DNA from: an uncultured Acidobacteriaceae bacterium
Lineage (GTDB): Bacteria; Acidobacteriota; Terriglobia; Terriglobales; Acidobacteriaceae
Assembly: GCA_963843725.1 (NCBI GenBank)
Contig: CAWJLM010000005.1
Span: 20,124 to 84,123, forward strand
Reading direction: 5' to 3'
Length of the DNA stretch: 64,000 bases
Part shown: positions 43,101 through 51,571 of the stretch, piece by piece
How the letters are laid out: every line of letters begins with the position of its first letter
How positions within the stretch are numbered: position 1 is the stretch's first letter
Position numbers and translations under genes: made by a program
Notes under the pieces: model-generated
The model's input: only the letters and a program-made list of their open reading frames with translations
Told to the model about the DNA's origin: nothing
Database searches by the model: none

Positions 43101-44155
43101 ACTCGGCCGCTGCCGATCGCATCGCCAAAGCCGTGCTTTACGAGGGGTACATGCTCTATCCCTACCGGCCCTCGGCGGTGAAGAATCAGCAGCGCTTTAA
43201 TTTCGGAGTGGTCTATCCGCAGTCGTTCAGCCAGGCGCAGAAGGGAACCGATCCCTGGACGATGCAGACGGAATGCCTGGTGCAGGGAAACCTTGCCGCC
43301 AAACTGGAAGTTCAGGTTCGTTTCCTCCAGTTGGTGGAGCGCTCGGTTGAAGCCATAGCCGAGCCAGGAGCCACTTCCGCTGATTCCAGAAATTTTCTTC
43401 CGGTCAAAGCGCTCGCCGTCGACGGTCAAACGTTTTATTCCTGGCAGGAAGCGGTTGAGCGCGAACTGAAAATTCCTGCCACGGATCTGGAAAGTTTAAG
43501 CCGCTATTCGTTGCAGCGTCCTTTGCATCTTGCGCCCGCTGCCAGTGACGAAGAGCTGCGGAATGCCCAGGGTGCGTTGCTGGGTCGAATCGTGCGCAGC
43601 CAGGAGTCCATCGCTGGCTTAGTCGAGGCGCGGGCACACGAAATTGCGGAGCAGGTCTTCAAGATCACGGTAAGCGTCAGGAACATCACGCCGCTGGAAA
43701 ATCCGGCGAGCGTCACTCGTGATCATGCGCTGATGCGTTCGCTGGTGTCGGCGCACGTGGTGCTCGGGATCGAAGGCGGCGAGTTTGTCTCGCTACTCGA
43801 TCCGCCGGAATCGCTGCAGGCCGAAGTGGCCGGCTGCCACAATCAAGGCACATTCCCCGTCCTGGTGGGCGAAGAAGGGCAGCGCGATACGGTCCTCGCA
43901 TCTCCCATTATTCTCTACGACTATCCGCAGATTGCGCCGGAAAGCGCCGGCGACCTGTTCGACGGTACCGAGATCGACGAAATTCTTTCACTGCGCATCA
44001 TGACGATGACGGCTGAAGAAAAGAGCGAGATGCGGCAGTCCGATGAGCGCGCTCGACAGATGCTGGAACGCACTGAGACCATGCCGGCGGAGCAGTTCAT
44101 GAAGTTGCACGGCGTATTGCGCGGGTTGCGCCCACTCAAGGAGGATTCGCAGTGA
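43097..44155 (+). CDS. Hypothetical protein, hydrogenase-cluster associated
   Basis: 352 aa with ATGA start/stop overlap on the upstream gene. I recognise no family. Confidence 0.65.
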   Translation: MNSAAADRIAKAVLYEGYMLYPYRPSAVKNQQRFNFGVVYPQSFSQAQKGTDPWTMQTECLVQGNLAAKLEVQVRFLQLVERSVEAIAEPGATSADSRNFLPVKALAVDGQTFYSWQEAVERELKIPATDLESLSRYSLQRPLHLAPAASDEELRNAQGALLGRIVRSQESIAGLVEARAHEIAEQVFKITVSVRNITPLENPASVTRDHALMRSLVSAHVVLGIEGGEFVSLLDPPESLQAEVAGCHNQGTFPVLVGEEGQRDTVLASPIILYDYPQIAPESAGDLFDGTEIDEILSLRIMTMTAEEKSEMRQSDERARQMLERTETMPAEQFMKLHGVLRGLRPLKEDSQ

Positions 44156-44991
44156 ACGAGTGGGAATGGCAGCTGCTCGAAGACAAATCCGGAGTCGAGA
44201 GCGTTGTGATTGACGGCGTAACCGTCCGCATCGGCGATCGTGTCCGGCTTCGTCCCCGCAAGGGCGGCGACATCATGGATATCGCTTTGGCCGGCCAGAC
44301 CGCTGCCATCGAAGCCATCGAGCAGGATTACGAAGGCAAGATTCACGTTTGCGTGGTGCTCGATGACGACCCTGGTCGCGACATGGGGCTGCTTCGCCAA
44401 CCGGGCCACCGCTTCTTCTTCGATGTGGGAGAAGTCGAGCCTCTGCCTCCCGAAGAGCAAGTGCAAACCAGGGCCATCGAGAAGCCGCGCATTCTGGTCG
44501 CCGGCATCGGCAATATTTTTATGGGCGATGATGCCTTTGGAGTCGAAGTTGCGCGTCGTCTGGCGGAGCGCGATTTGCCCGCTGGGGTGCGCGTCGCCGA
44601 CTTCGGCATCCGCGGTTTCGACCTGGCCTACGCGCTGCAGGATGGATATGAGACGACCATCCTGATCGACGCCTACCCGCGTGGCGATGAGCCCGGCACG
44701 TTGTATGTGGTCGAACCTGACCTGGCGTCAATGGGTCCGGAGCAGGCAGATAGCGGCGACGTGGATGCGCACGGCATGGATCCGGTGAAGATCCTGCGCC
44801 TGGCGGCCTCTATGGGAGGCCCGCTGAAACGAATGTTGCTGGTGGGATGTGAACCGGCGACTCTGGGCCCCGACGAAGGACTGATGGGCTTGAGCGAACC
44901 AGTTAACGGAGCTCTGACGGAAGCGGTAAATCTGGTTGAGTCGGTAATTCATAAGGTCCTGGCTGGAGAATGGCCAGGCACAAAACCGTAA
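44152..44991 (+). CDS. Hydrogenase maturation endopeptidase (HyaD/HupD family) with a roughly 110-aa N-terminal extension
   Basis: The protease core begins ILVAGIGNIFMGDDAFGVEVARRL and continues ...DFGIRGFDLAY...LIDA...DAHGMDP...LLVGCEP. The start GTGA overlaps the upstream stop. Confidence 0.85.
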   Translation: MNEWEWQLLEDKSGVESVVIDGVTVRIGDRVRLRPRKGGDIMDIALAGQTAAIEAIEQDYEGKIHVCVVLDDDPGRDMGLLRQPGHRFFFDVGEVEPLPPEEQVQTRAIEKPRILVAGIGNIFMGDDAFGVEVARRLAERDLPAGVRVADFGIRGFDLAYALQDGYETTILIDAYPRGDEPGTLYVVEPDLASMGPEQADSGDVDAHGMDPVKILRLAASMGGPLKRMLLVGCEPATLGPDEGLMGLSEPVNGALTEAVNLVESVIHKVLAGEWPGTKP

Positions 44992-45010
44992 GACTTGGCG
45001 AGGAGACGAT

Positions 45011-45226
45011 ATGGCGACAGCAGCTTTGGCACGCGACACGAATGGATCGACCAGCGATCGGGACACACTGTTCATGTTGAGCGGAATCGCGCTCATGGTC
45101 TTCGGCGCGGGATTGATTCTGTCCAATCCGGTAGCGCAGAAGTACATGGAAAAAATCGGCATCGGCGGCTTGACCCGGGGCGCGCTTCCCGACATCGAGC
45201 GCTATCTGAAACTACGGGCCATGTGA
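45011..45226 (+). CDS. Small single-TM protein (71 aa) ending LPDIERYLKLRAM; paralog of 33725..33847
   Basis: GAGGAG lies 5 nt upstream. The TM helix is LFMLSGIALMVFGAGLIL. The terminal motif is shared with the 40-aa ORF at 33725. Confidence 0.65.
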   Translation: MATAALARDTNGSTSDRDTLFMLSGIALMVFGAGLILSNPVAQKYMEKIGIGGLTRGALPDIERYLKLRAM

Positions 45227-45278
45227 CCGTCGCTTCTCTTGATAACCCTGCCACTCCTCGGGAAGGAGGCATATTCGC

Positions 45279-45896
45279 TTGCCCGAAAGCGTAGATATTC
45301 AGCCCAATGCCGGCTCGCCGGATGCTCCGCAAATTGCGGCGGCCGATGACCGCTACGTGATCAACAACATGGTTAGCCGGTTTACCGTGCAGGCGTTTGC
45401 CAGTGGATTTCTGTCGGCATTTGGACACGATCCCAAAATAGCGATTCGCGATTTGAAGGGAGAAATCCACTTCGATCCGGAGCACATCGAAAAATCGACA
45501 ATGCATCTGGCGATTCGCGCCGATTCGCTGAGCGTTACCGACAACATCAGCGACAAAGATCGCCGCGACATCGAGGGCGACATGCGCGCAAAAGTTCTGG
45601 AGACCGACAAATATCCGGAGATCGTCTTCGACGTCGCGGGGGTCACCGTGAACAAGACCGATGGCGGGCAGTCGAACGTGATGTTGAATGGTCAGTTGAC
45701 GCTGCATGGGGTTACCCGGCCGCAGAAAGTCCCGGCGACGCTGGCCGTGACGGGTGATATGCTGCGCGCTTTTGGCGAGTTTCCTTTGCGCCAGACGGAC
45801 TACAATATCAAGCCTGTTTCCGCTGCGGGCGGCGGCCTGAAGGTAAAGGACGAAGTGAAGTTCAGCTTCGACATCGTGGCACGCAAGGATGGTTAG
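45279..45896 (+). CDS. YceI-like (polyisoprenoid/lipid-binding) domain protein
   Basis: TTG start with GGAAGGAGG 10 nt upstream. FTVQAF...GHDPKIAIRDLKGEIHFDPE...LTLHGVTRP... follows the typical YceI pattern. No signal peptide. Confidence 0.75.
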   Translation: MPESVDIQPNAGSPDAPQIAAADDRYVINNMVSRFTVQAFASGFLSAFGHDPKIAIRDLKGEIHFDPEHIEKSTMHLAIRADSLSVTDNISDKDRRDIEGDMRAKVLETDKYPEIVFDVAGVTVNKTDGGQSNVMLNGQLTLHGVTRPQKVPATLAVTGDMLRAFGEFPLRQTDYNIKPVSAAGGGLKVKDEVKFSFDIVARKDG

Positions 45897-45930
45897 CGGG
45901 AATTTTGTGAGAAGGGAAAAGGGGTAAAGA

Positions 45931-46242
45931 ATGTGTCTTGCCATACCGGGGAAAGTGCTTGAGCTGTTTCCTGGAATGCCATACCTGGCGACGGTAGAAG
46001 TGGCCGGCGTGCGCCGCAAAGTCGACCTGGGCCTGCTGGAAAACGATATGCCGAAGTCCGGCGACTGGGTGCTGATTCACGTGGGCTTTGCCATGAGCAA
46101 GATCAGCGAGCAGGACGCGCTGGAGCAGATGCAGACGCTTATCATGCTGGGCGAAAGCGAACAGGCCATGCAGGAGGTGCGCGGCTATGGCCTGGAGGAT
46201 GGCGAGGAGCCTAACTGGAATTCGTTCAGTAAATCGCTTTGA
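45931..46242 (+). CDS. hypC: Hydrogenase assembly chaperone HypC/HupF
   Basis: N-terminal MCLAIPGKV with the essential Cys2, followed by GDWVLIHVGFAM. Confidence 0.9.
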   Translation: MCLAIPGKVLELFPGMPYLATVEVAGVRRKVDLGLLENDMPKSGDWVLIHVGFAMSKISEQDALEQMQTLIMLGESEQAMQEVRGYGLEDGEEPNWNSFSKSL

Positions 46243-46386
46243 ACAGTAAATCGCTTTGCAGGGGCGCAGCTGCGCCGTCACCAGGCGCGAGAGAATCCGG
46301 GCTTCAGCCCCTGAGGTCTTCGATTTCGCAGCCAGCGGTTCAGAAACGAGTCGGCGACCGCAGCGCCGACAAGACTTTGAGGCACC

Positions 46387-47514
46387 ATGAAATTTGTCGA
46401 CGAGTTTCGTGATCCCGACGTAATCGGCAAGACCGCGGAAGAGATTCGCCGCCTGGCCGATCCCGCCCGGCATTATCGCCTGATGGAAGTGTGTGGCGGG
46501 CATACCCACGCGATTTACCGCTTCGGACTGAAAGACATTCTGCCAGCCAATATTGAACTGATTCACGGACCCGGCTGTCCGGTATGCGTTTTGCCCATGG
46601 GCCGGATTGATGATGGCTTGGCGCTGGCGCAGGATCCGGACGTCATCTTTGCGGCGTTCGGCGACATGATGCGCGTGCCCGGTGAGCATGGCAGTCCGCT
46701 GGAGCACAAAGCGCGTGGCATGGACGTGCGTATTGTTTATTCGCCGTCGGACGCGCTCAAGCTGGCCAAGGCAAATCCCGACAAGCACGTGATGTTCTTT
46801 GCTATCGGCTTCGAGACCACCGCGCCGTCTTCTGCTCTAACCATCATGCGGGCCAAGGCGGAAGGGATTCACAACTTCTCCGTCTTCTGTAATCACGTGA
46901 CCATCATTCCCGCGATTCGCGCCATTCTCGACTCGCCCGACATGAGACTCGACGCCTTCATCGGACCGGGACACGTCTCGACCGTGATCGGTTGCCGTCC
47001 CTATGAATGGATTGCAGCCAACGAACGCAAGCCTATCGTGGTTTCGGGATTTGAGCCGCTCGACATGCTGCAATCCATCGTGATGCTTCTGCGCCAGCTT
47101 AAGGCAGGCGAGGCGAAAGTCGAAAATCAGTACAAGCGGGTTGTACCTTGGGAAGGCAATCGCGCTGCTCTGAAGGTGATGGCCGAAGTGTTTGAGCTGC
47201 GGCCCTATTTCGAATGGCGCGGCTTGGGATTTATTTCGCAATCGGCCCTGCGCATTCGCAACAATTATGCTGAGTGGGATTCGGAGCAGCGCTTCAGCGT
47301 GCCCGGCGTGCGCGTGACCGATCCCAAGGCGGCACAGTGCGGCGAAGTGTTGAAAGGCGTGTTGAAGCCGGCGCAGTGCAAGCTGTTCGGTAAGGAATGT
47401 ACGCCGGAGCATCCGGTGGGTGCGTTGATGGTTTCTTCGGAGGGGTCGTGCGCAGCTTACTTCAGTTACGAACATCGGAAGGCGACGGCCGCGACGCTAG
47501 CATGGCCGGCGTGA
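46387..47514 (+). CDS. hypD: Hydrogenase formation protein HypD
   Basis: MKFVDEFRD..., CGGHTH, GPGCPVCV, FETT, and the C-terminal Cys cluster region. Confidence 0.9.
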   Translation: MKFVDEFRDPDVIGKTAEEIRRLADPARHYRLMEVCGGHTHAIYRFGLKDILPANIELIHGPGCPVCVLPMGRIDDGLALAQDPDVIFAAFGDMMRVPGEHGSPLEHKARGMDVRIVYSPSDALKLAKANPDKHVMFFAIGFETTAPSSALTIMRAKAEGIHNFSVFCNHVTIIPAIRAILDSPDMRLDAFIGPGHVSTVIGCRPYEWIAANERKPIVVSGFEPLDMLQSIVMLLRQLKAGEAKVENQYKRVVPWEGNRAALKVMAEVFELRPYFEWRGLGFISQSALRIRNNYAEWDSEQRFSVPGVRVTDPKAAQCGEVLKGVLKPAQCKLFGKECTPEHPVGALMVSSEGSCAAYFSYEHRKATAATLAWPA

Positions 47515-48566
47515 AGCCAGCCGTAGCCGACAGCACGCTGCCGAAGATCAAGTTTCGCGAGCCGCAAATCGAAATGGCCCACGGCGCCGGAGGCATTGCC
47601 AGCCGTCGCTTGGTGGAAGGCCTGTTCGCTCCTCTGCTCTATCGCTCCGCTCAGCCCCAATTGAACGATGCCGCCTCACTCAACATTGGCGGCGTTCGTC
47701 TGGCCATGACGACCGACAGCTTTGTGGTGAAACCGTTGAGCTTCCCCGGAGGCTCGATCGGCGAACTAGCCATCAACGGCACCGTGAACGACCTTGCAGT
47801 TTCGGGCGCGAAAGCCGAGGCCATTGTCGTCAGCTTTGTACTCGAAGCCGGATTGCCGACTCCGGTGCTGGAGGCCGAAGTTCGCGCTATGGCTCGTGCG
47901 GCCGAAGAAGCGGGCGTTGCCGTTGTGGGCGGCGATACCAAAGTCGTCGAGCACGGCAAGGCCGACGGCATGTATATCTCGACCACCGGTGTCGGGTCGT
48001 ATCTGCCGGGTATTCGCATCGATGCTCGCTCGGTTCGGCCGGGCGACAAAGTGCTGCTTTCCGGACCGATCGGCGATCACGGCATCACCATCCTGCTGGC
48101 TCGCGGCGAACTGGATTTTGAAGCAGACCTGCGCTCCGATACACGCTCGATCTTCCCTCTCGTGCAGGCTATGGCAGCTGAGGCTGCGCCCGGCATCCGC
48201 TGGATGCGCGATCCCACGCGCGGTGGCGCGGCTACTTCGCTCAACGAACTGGCGCGCGATTGCGGGTTGGGTATTCATATTTTCGAGGAAGAAATCCCGG
48301 TACACGATACGGTGCGGGGAGCCTGCGAATTGCTGGGTCTCGATCCTCTGCATATCGCCAACGAAGGCCAATTTCTCGCCGTCGTCTCACCCGAGTACGC
48401 CGACGCCGCACTGAACGCCTTGCAGCAGTGCATCGGTGGCGAAGGCGCGGTGATGCTGGGCGAAGTGCACGAACAACCTGCCGGCTCGGTGCTGGTGACG
48501 ACCCGCTACGGCGGCAGTAGAATTATCGACATGCTCGTGGGCGATCCGCTGCCCCGGATCTGCTAG
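47502..48566 (+). CDS. hypE: Hydrogenase maturation carbamoyl dehydratase HypE
   Basis: The ATG at 47502 overlaps the hypD stop. IEMAHGAGG, an AIR-synthase-like fold and the diagnostic C-terminus PRIC are present. Confidence 0.9.
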   Translation: MAGVKPAVADSTLPKIKFREPQIEMAHGAGGIASRRLVEGLFAPLLYRSAQPQLNDAASLNIGGVRLAMTTDSFVVKPLSFPGGSIGELAINGTVNDLAVSGAKAEAIVVSFVLEAGLPTPVLEAEVRAMARAAEEAGVAVVGGDTKVVEHGKADGMYISTTGVGSYLPGIRIDARSVRPGDKVLLSGPIGDHGITILLARGELDFEADLRSDTRSIFPLVQAMAAEAAPGIRWMRDPTRGGAATSLNELARDCGLGIHIFEEEIPVHDTVRGACELLGLDPLHIANEGQFLAVVSPEYADAALNALQQCIGGEGAVMLGEVHEQPAGSVLVTTRYGGSRIIDMLVGDPLPRIC

Positions 48567-48756
48567 TGGGGTGCTGAAAAACTCTGCGGCGAGTGATTTT
48601 GAAGGGGCGCGGCTTTAGCTGCGCCGTCGAGAGCCCTTTATATTGTCATCACGAACCGGCGAACCGGGTCCCCGACGAGCGCCTTTTTTGCGCTGGCTGG
48701 GGCAAAGTTCAGCCGGTGAGGGATCTGATTTCCGACTTTGTTGGCAGCCTGCTAGG
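48560..48756. repeat. Degenerate relative of the 33201 element carrying a B+A hairpin module with an insertion in the A loop
   Basis: The left part is CTGCTAGTGGGGTGCTGAAAAACTCTGCGGCG (compare 33201 CTCTAGCAGTTTGCTGAAAAACTCTCCGCAGCG). The core is TTGAAGGGGCGCGGCTTTAGCTGCGCC...TTGTCATCACGAACCGG[45-nt insert]CAGCCGGTGAGGGATCTG. The left end overlaps the hypE stop codon. Confidence 0.6.
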
Positions 48757-48766
48757 AATCGACGTC

Positions 48767-49951
48767 ATGCCGGCCGGTGTTGAACTCGCAACTCTTGTCG
48801 AGGAACGTTTGCTGGAACGCAATCGCTTGTGCGAAGCCTTCTTTGCGCGCGAAGCTCCCCGGCTGGCCGAAGCCTGCCGCGAAATGTCAGAGCGTTTCTT
48901 GCGTGGAGGCCGGCTTCTGGCCTTCGGTCGCGGTCCCTACGCGACAGACGCGCAACACGTATCAGTGGAATTTGTACACCCCGTGATCGTCGGCAAGCGC
49001 GCGCTTCCGGCCCTCGATTTGTCCATGCTCTTCCGGCCGTGGCTGCGCAGCATTCTTCGCGAGGCAGATATCGTGATGGGCTTCGGTCCGCCGGAGGAAG
49101 ATCCGGAGGTGTCTGCCACATTGTATGAAGCCGCGGCCCAGGGAGCCATGACCTTTGCTCTACCCGGCACGGCAGGCTCTTATTCGGTTGAAGCCCCTAC
49201 GGATGATCCATTCATTCATCAGGAGATCATCGAAATTCTGTATCACACATTGTGGGAGACGGTGCATGTGTACTTCGAGCGCCGCGAACTGGGACACGAT
49301 GTGGGAGATGCCGGATTTCTCTATCCCTTCCTCGGCCAGGCGAAGCAGCAGACCGGCGATATGACCGCCGAAGTTGCCGCGTCGATTCTGATGAAAGTAC
49401 AGAACGACTCGGAGCTGCGAGCGCGCGTGGGAAGGGAAGAGGCCGAGCAGATCAGCCATACTGCCAGGGCTATTTACGAACGCGTTCAACGGGGCGGCAA
49501 GCTGATTCTGTTCGGCAACGGGGGCTCGGCTACCGACGCCAACGACTGGGCAATCGACTGCGTTCTGCCGCCTGACGGTTACCGTCCCGTTCCGGCGGTG
49601 TCGCTCTCGCTGGAGCCGGCCAACATCACCGCCGTCGCCAACGATGTCGGCGTCGAAGTAATTTTTCTGCGGCAACTCATCGCGCAGGCCCGGCCTGAGG
49701 ATGTGGCCGTGGGCATTTCGACCAGCGGTGGGTCGCGCAACATCATTATGGCGCTGGAAGAGGCTCGCAAACGCGGTTTGCTGACGGTGGCGCTACTGGG
49801 TTACGACGGCGGGGAAATCCTGAGAAAAGGTTTGGTGGACTGGCCGCTGGTGGTGCATTGCGATTACATTCCGCGAATTCAGGAAGTGCAGGCGTCCATC
49901 TATCACATCATTCGGGAAACGCTGGAAGTGTTGCAGCGGGGCGAAGCCTGA
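48767..49951 (+). CDS. Tandem SIS-domain protein (GmhA/phosphoheptose-isomerase-like), hydrogenase-cluster associated
   Basis: The ATG at 48767 (MPAGVELATL...) is preferred because the track extension from 48593 translates a repeat element. Two SIS-like halves are present (LLAFGRGPYATDAQHVSVEF and LILFGNGGSATDANDWAIDC ... ISTSGGSRNI). Confidence 0.75.
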   Translation: MPAGVELATLVEERLLERNRLCEAFFAREAPRLAEACREMSERFLRGGRLLAFGRGPYATDAQHVSVEFVHPVIVGKRALPALDLSMLFRPWLRSILREADIVMGFGPPEEDPEVSATLYEAAAQGAMTFALPGTAGSYSVEAPTDDPFIHQEIIEILYHTLWETVHVYFERRELGHDVGDAGFLYPFLGQAKQQTGDMTAEVAASILMKVQNDSELRARVGREEAEQISHTARAIYERVQRGGKLILFGNGGSATDANDWAIDCVLPPDGYRPVPAVSLSLEPANITAVANDVGVEVIFLRQLIAQARPEDVAVGISTSGGSRNIIMALEEARKRGLLTVALLGYDGGEILRKGLVDWPLVVHCDYIPRIQEVQASIYHIIRETLEVLQRGEA

Positions 49952-50014
49952 CGTGTTGGAAGCGCCAAGGCGCTGAGAAGCGCGCGCAGATTCAAGGAGC
50001 CTCGAGCGCGATTC

Positions 50015-50353
50015 TCAGTATTGTCCCGCCGACTTACAAGCTCCGGAGCAGACTTTTCCCATCCATGAAACTCCCAGCGCGTGCAGGATAATCCTGTCGC
50101 CCGGGGTCAGTTTATCTGCATCGAGGACCGCTTCGTAGGCGTACAACACATCTGAGCTGCGGGTAATGCACCAGGGCTCGTGCCGTACCACGCCTTCGCA
50201 ATGTTCGCAGGCGGCGTCGGCGCTGTATTTATTGCTGTGCTGCCAAGTGGTTGCTTGTTCGGTAGGCATAAGGACTCCGGGTTCGCGGGCCTGCTCTCCG
50301 TGCGCGGGCTCACTGTGAATAACGCCAAGTGGATTGACTTCCATGACCGACAC
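50015..50353 (-). CDS. Hypothetical protein
   Basis: 112-aa ORF with the Cys/His patch CEHCEGVVRHEPWC. The RBS is weak and I recognise no family. Confidence 0.45.
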   Translation of the reverse strand: MSVMEVNPLGVIHSEPAHGEQAREPGVLMPTEQATTWQHSNKYSADAACEHCEGVVRHEPWCITRSSDVLYAYEAVLDADKLTPGDRIILHALGVSWMGKVCSGACKSAGQY

Positions 50354-50604
50354 AGTACTGCGAATCGCATTTCCCTTTCATCCCCCGGAGTAGGTAGAGG
50401 GTTACGTCTTTACGGGTACGGTAGCTATTTGATTAATGGCGTGATTCACCCCTGGTTCTTACAATCTACGAATCAATCTCATGAATCGATACGGCAAGTG
50501 TTTGTGTCAGCGCCTGGCTTCAGCCGGGCTGAGCAGCCACCTGCGTGCGATTTGTGAGTGAGCTTTATGCATTCGGATTTGTGCTGATACGCACGGAGGT
50601 ACGC

Positions 50605-51192
50605 ATGCTCTTGAAGATCTTGCAGGCCGGCGAGCCAGTCCTGCGGGAATCGGCTCGTCGGCTGACGCCGGAAGAGATTGTGAGCGACGATATTCAAAGA
50701 TTAATTCGCGACATGCGCGAGACGATGCATGACGCGCCGGGGGTCGGGCTGGCGGCTCCGCAAGTAGGCCTGTCGTTACAGTTGGCGGTGATTGAGGACC
50801 GCGAAGCGTATTTCAAAGATGTCGCGGCAGCTCAGCTCACCGAACGGGAACGGCGTGCGGTGCCATTCCATGTGATCATCAATCCGCAAATTACTTTGCT
50901 GGGAGACGACCGTGCCAGGTTTTTTGAGGGCTGCCTGAGTGTGGAGGGATTCTCAGCAGTGGTTTCCCGCGCTCGGAGAGTTCGAGTTGACTACTTGAAC
51001 GAGCGGGCAGAGTCCCAAGCACTGGAAGCTTCCGGATGGTATGCGCGAATCCTGCAACATGAGATTGATCATATGCGAGGCGCACTGTACATCGACCAGA
51101 TGGAGTCCCGTACCTTTACCACGATCGAGAACTGGAAACGCTTCTGGAAGGACAAGCCGATTCCGGAGAGTGTCCCGGTTGATCTCCGGTGA
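50605..51192 (+). CDS. def: Peptide deformylase
   Basis: The three motifs are GVGLAAPQVG, EGCLSV and QHEIDH. GGAGG lies upstream of the ATG at 50605. Confidence 0.9.
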   Translation: MLLKILQAGEPVLRESARRLTPEEIVSDDIQRLIRDMRETMHDAPGVGLAAPQVGLSLQLAVIEDREAYFKDVAAAQLTERERRAVPFHVIINPQITLLGDDRARFFEGCLSVEGFSAVVSRARRVRVDYLNERAESQALEASGWYARILQHEIDHMRGALYIDQMESRTFTTIENWKRFWKDKPIPESVPVDLR

Positions 51193-51262
51193 GGGCAGTG
51201 AAATCGGGCCAGTGCAAATCTCGCGAGGTAGAAATGCATGGCGCAGCCGGCCGCGATACCAA

Positions 51263-51400
51263 GGGAAACTCTGATTAAGCCCTGCTTTGAAGATTAAGCC
51301 CTGCTTTGAAGGGGACGGCCTTCAGGCCGTCCGTTATGTACCCAGAGTCATGCGGCTTTAGCCACTGCGGGACCTCGCTTTGACTTGATCAGAGTTTCCC
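51263..51400. mobile_element. 138-bp MITE-like element with terminal inverted repeats GGGAAACTCTGAT / ATCAGAGTTTCCC
   Basis: The left part is GGGAAACTCTGATTAAGCCCTGCTTTGAAG (ATTAAGCCCTGCTTTGAAG is duplicated). The interior hairpins are GGACGGCCTTCAGGCCGTCC and GCGGCTTTAGCCACTGCGGGA. The right end is CTTGATCAGAGTTTCCC. This is the unexpanded relative of 29672..30039. Confidence 0.75.
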
Positions 51401-51413
51401 TAGGGTAGACCCG

Positions 51414-51540
51414 CAGATCCCTCCGCTCGGGCTGAAGCCCTCCGCTCGGGATGACTGAGCATTGGTGGTTCAAGGAAGATAGCAGAAGACAGCGGTAAAC
51501 AGCAGGTCCCTCCACTCGGCTGCGCTTCGGTCGGGATGAC
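51414..51540. repeat. Two A-type hairpin modules (51414..51455 and 51503..51540)
   Basis: CAGATCCCTCCGCTCGGGCTGAAGCCCTCCGCTCGGGATGAC and CAGGTCCCTCCACTCGGCTGCGCTTCGGTCGGGATGAC. Confidence 0.75.
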
Positions 51541-51571
51541 ATACCGTGAGGAGAACGCCAGGAGCTAAGAG

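Noticed and set aside
48593-48766. N-terminal 58 aa of track ORF 48593..49951 (MILKGRGFSCAVESPLYCHHEP...), and the similar 'protein' at 36877..37080.
   Set aside because: These are translations of the B+A hairpin repeat module found in many intergenic gaps (KGRSFSYAVESPLVCHHEP at 36877 is the same repeat). They are not coding. The extension of ribBA to 52852 is rejected for the same reason.
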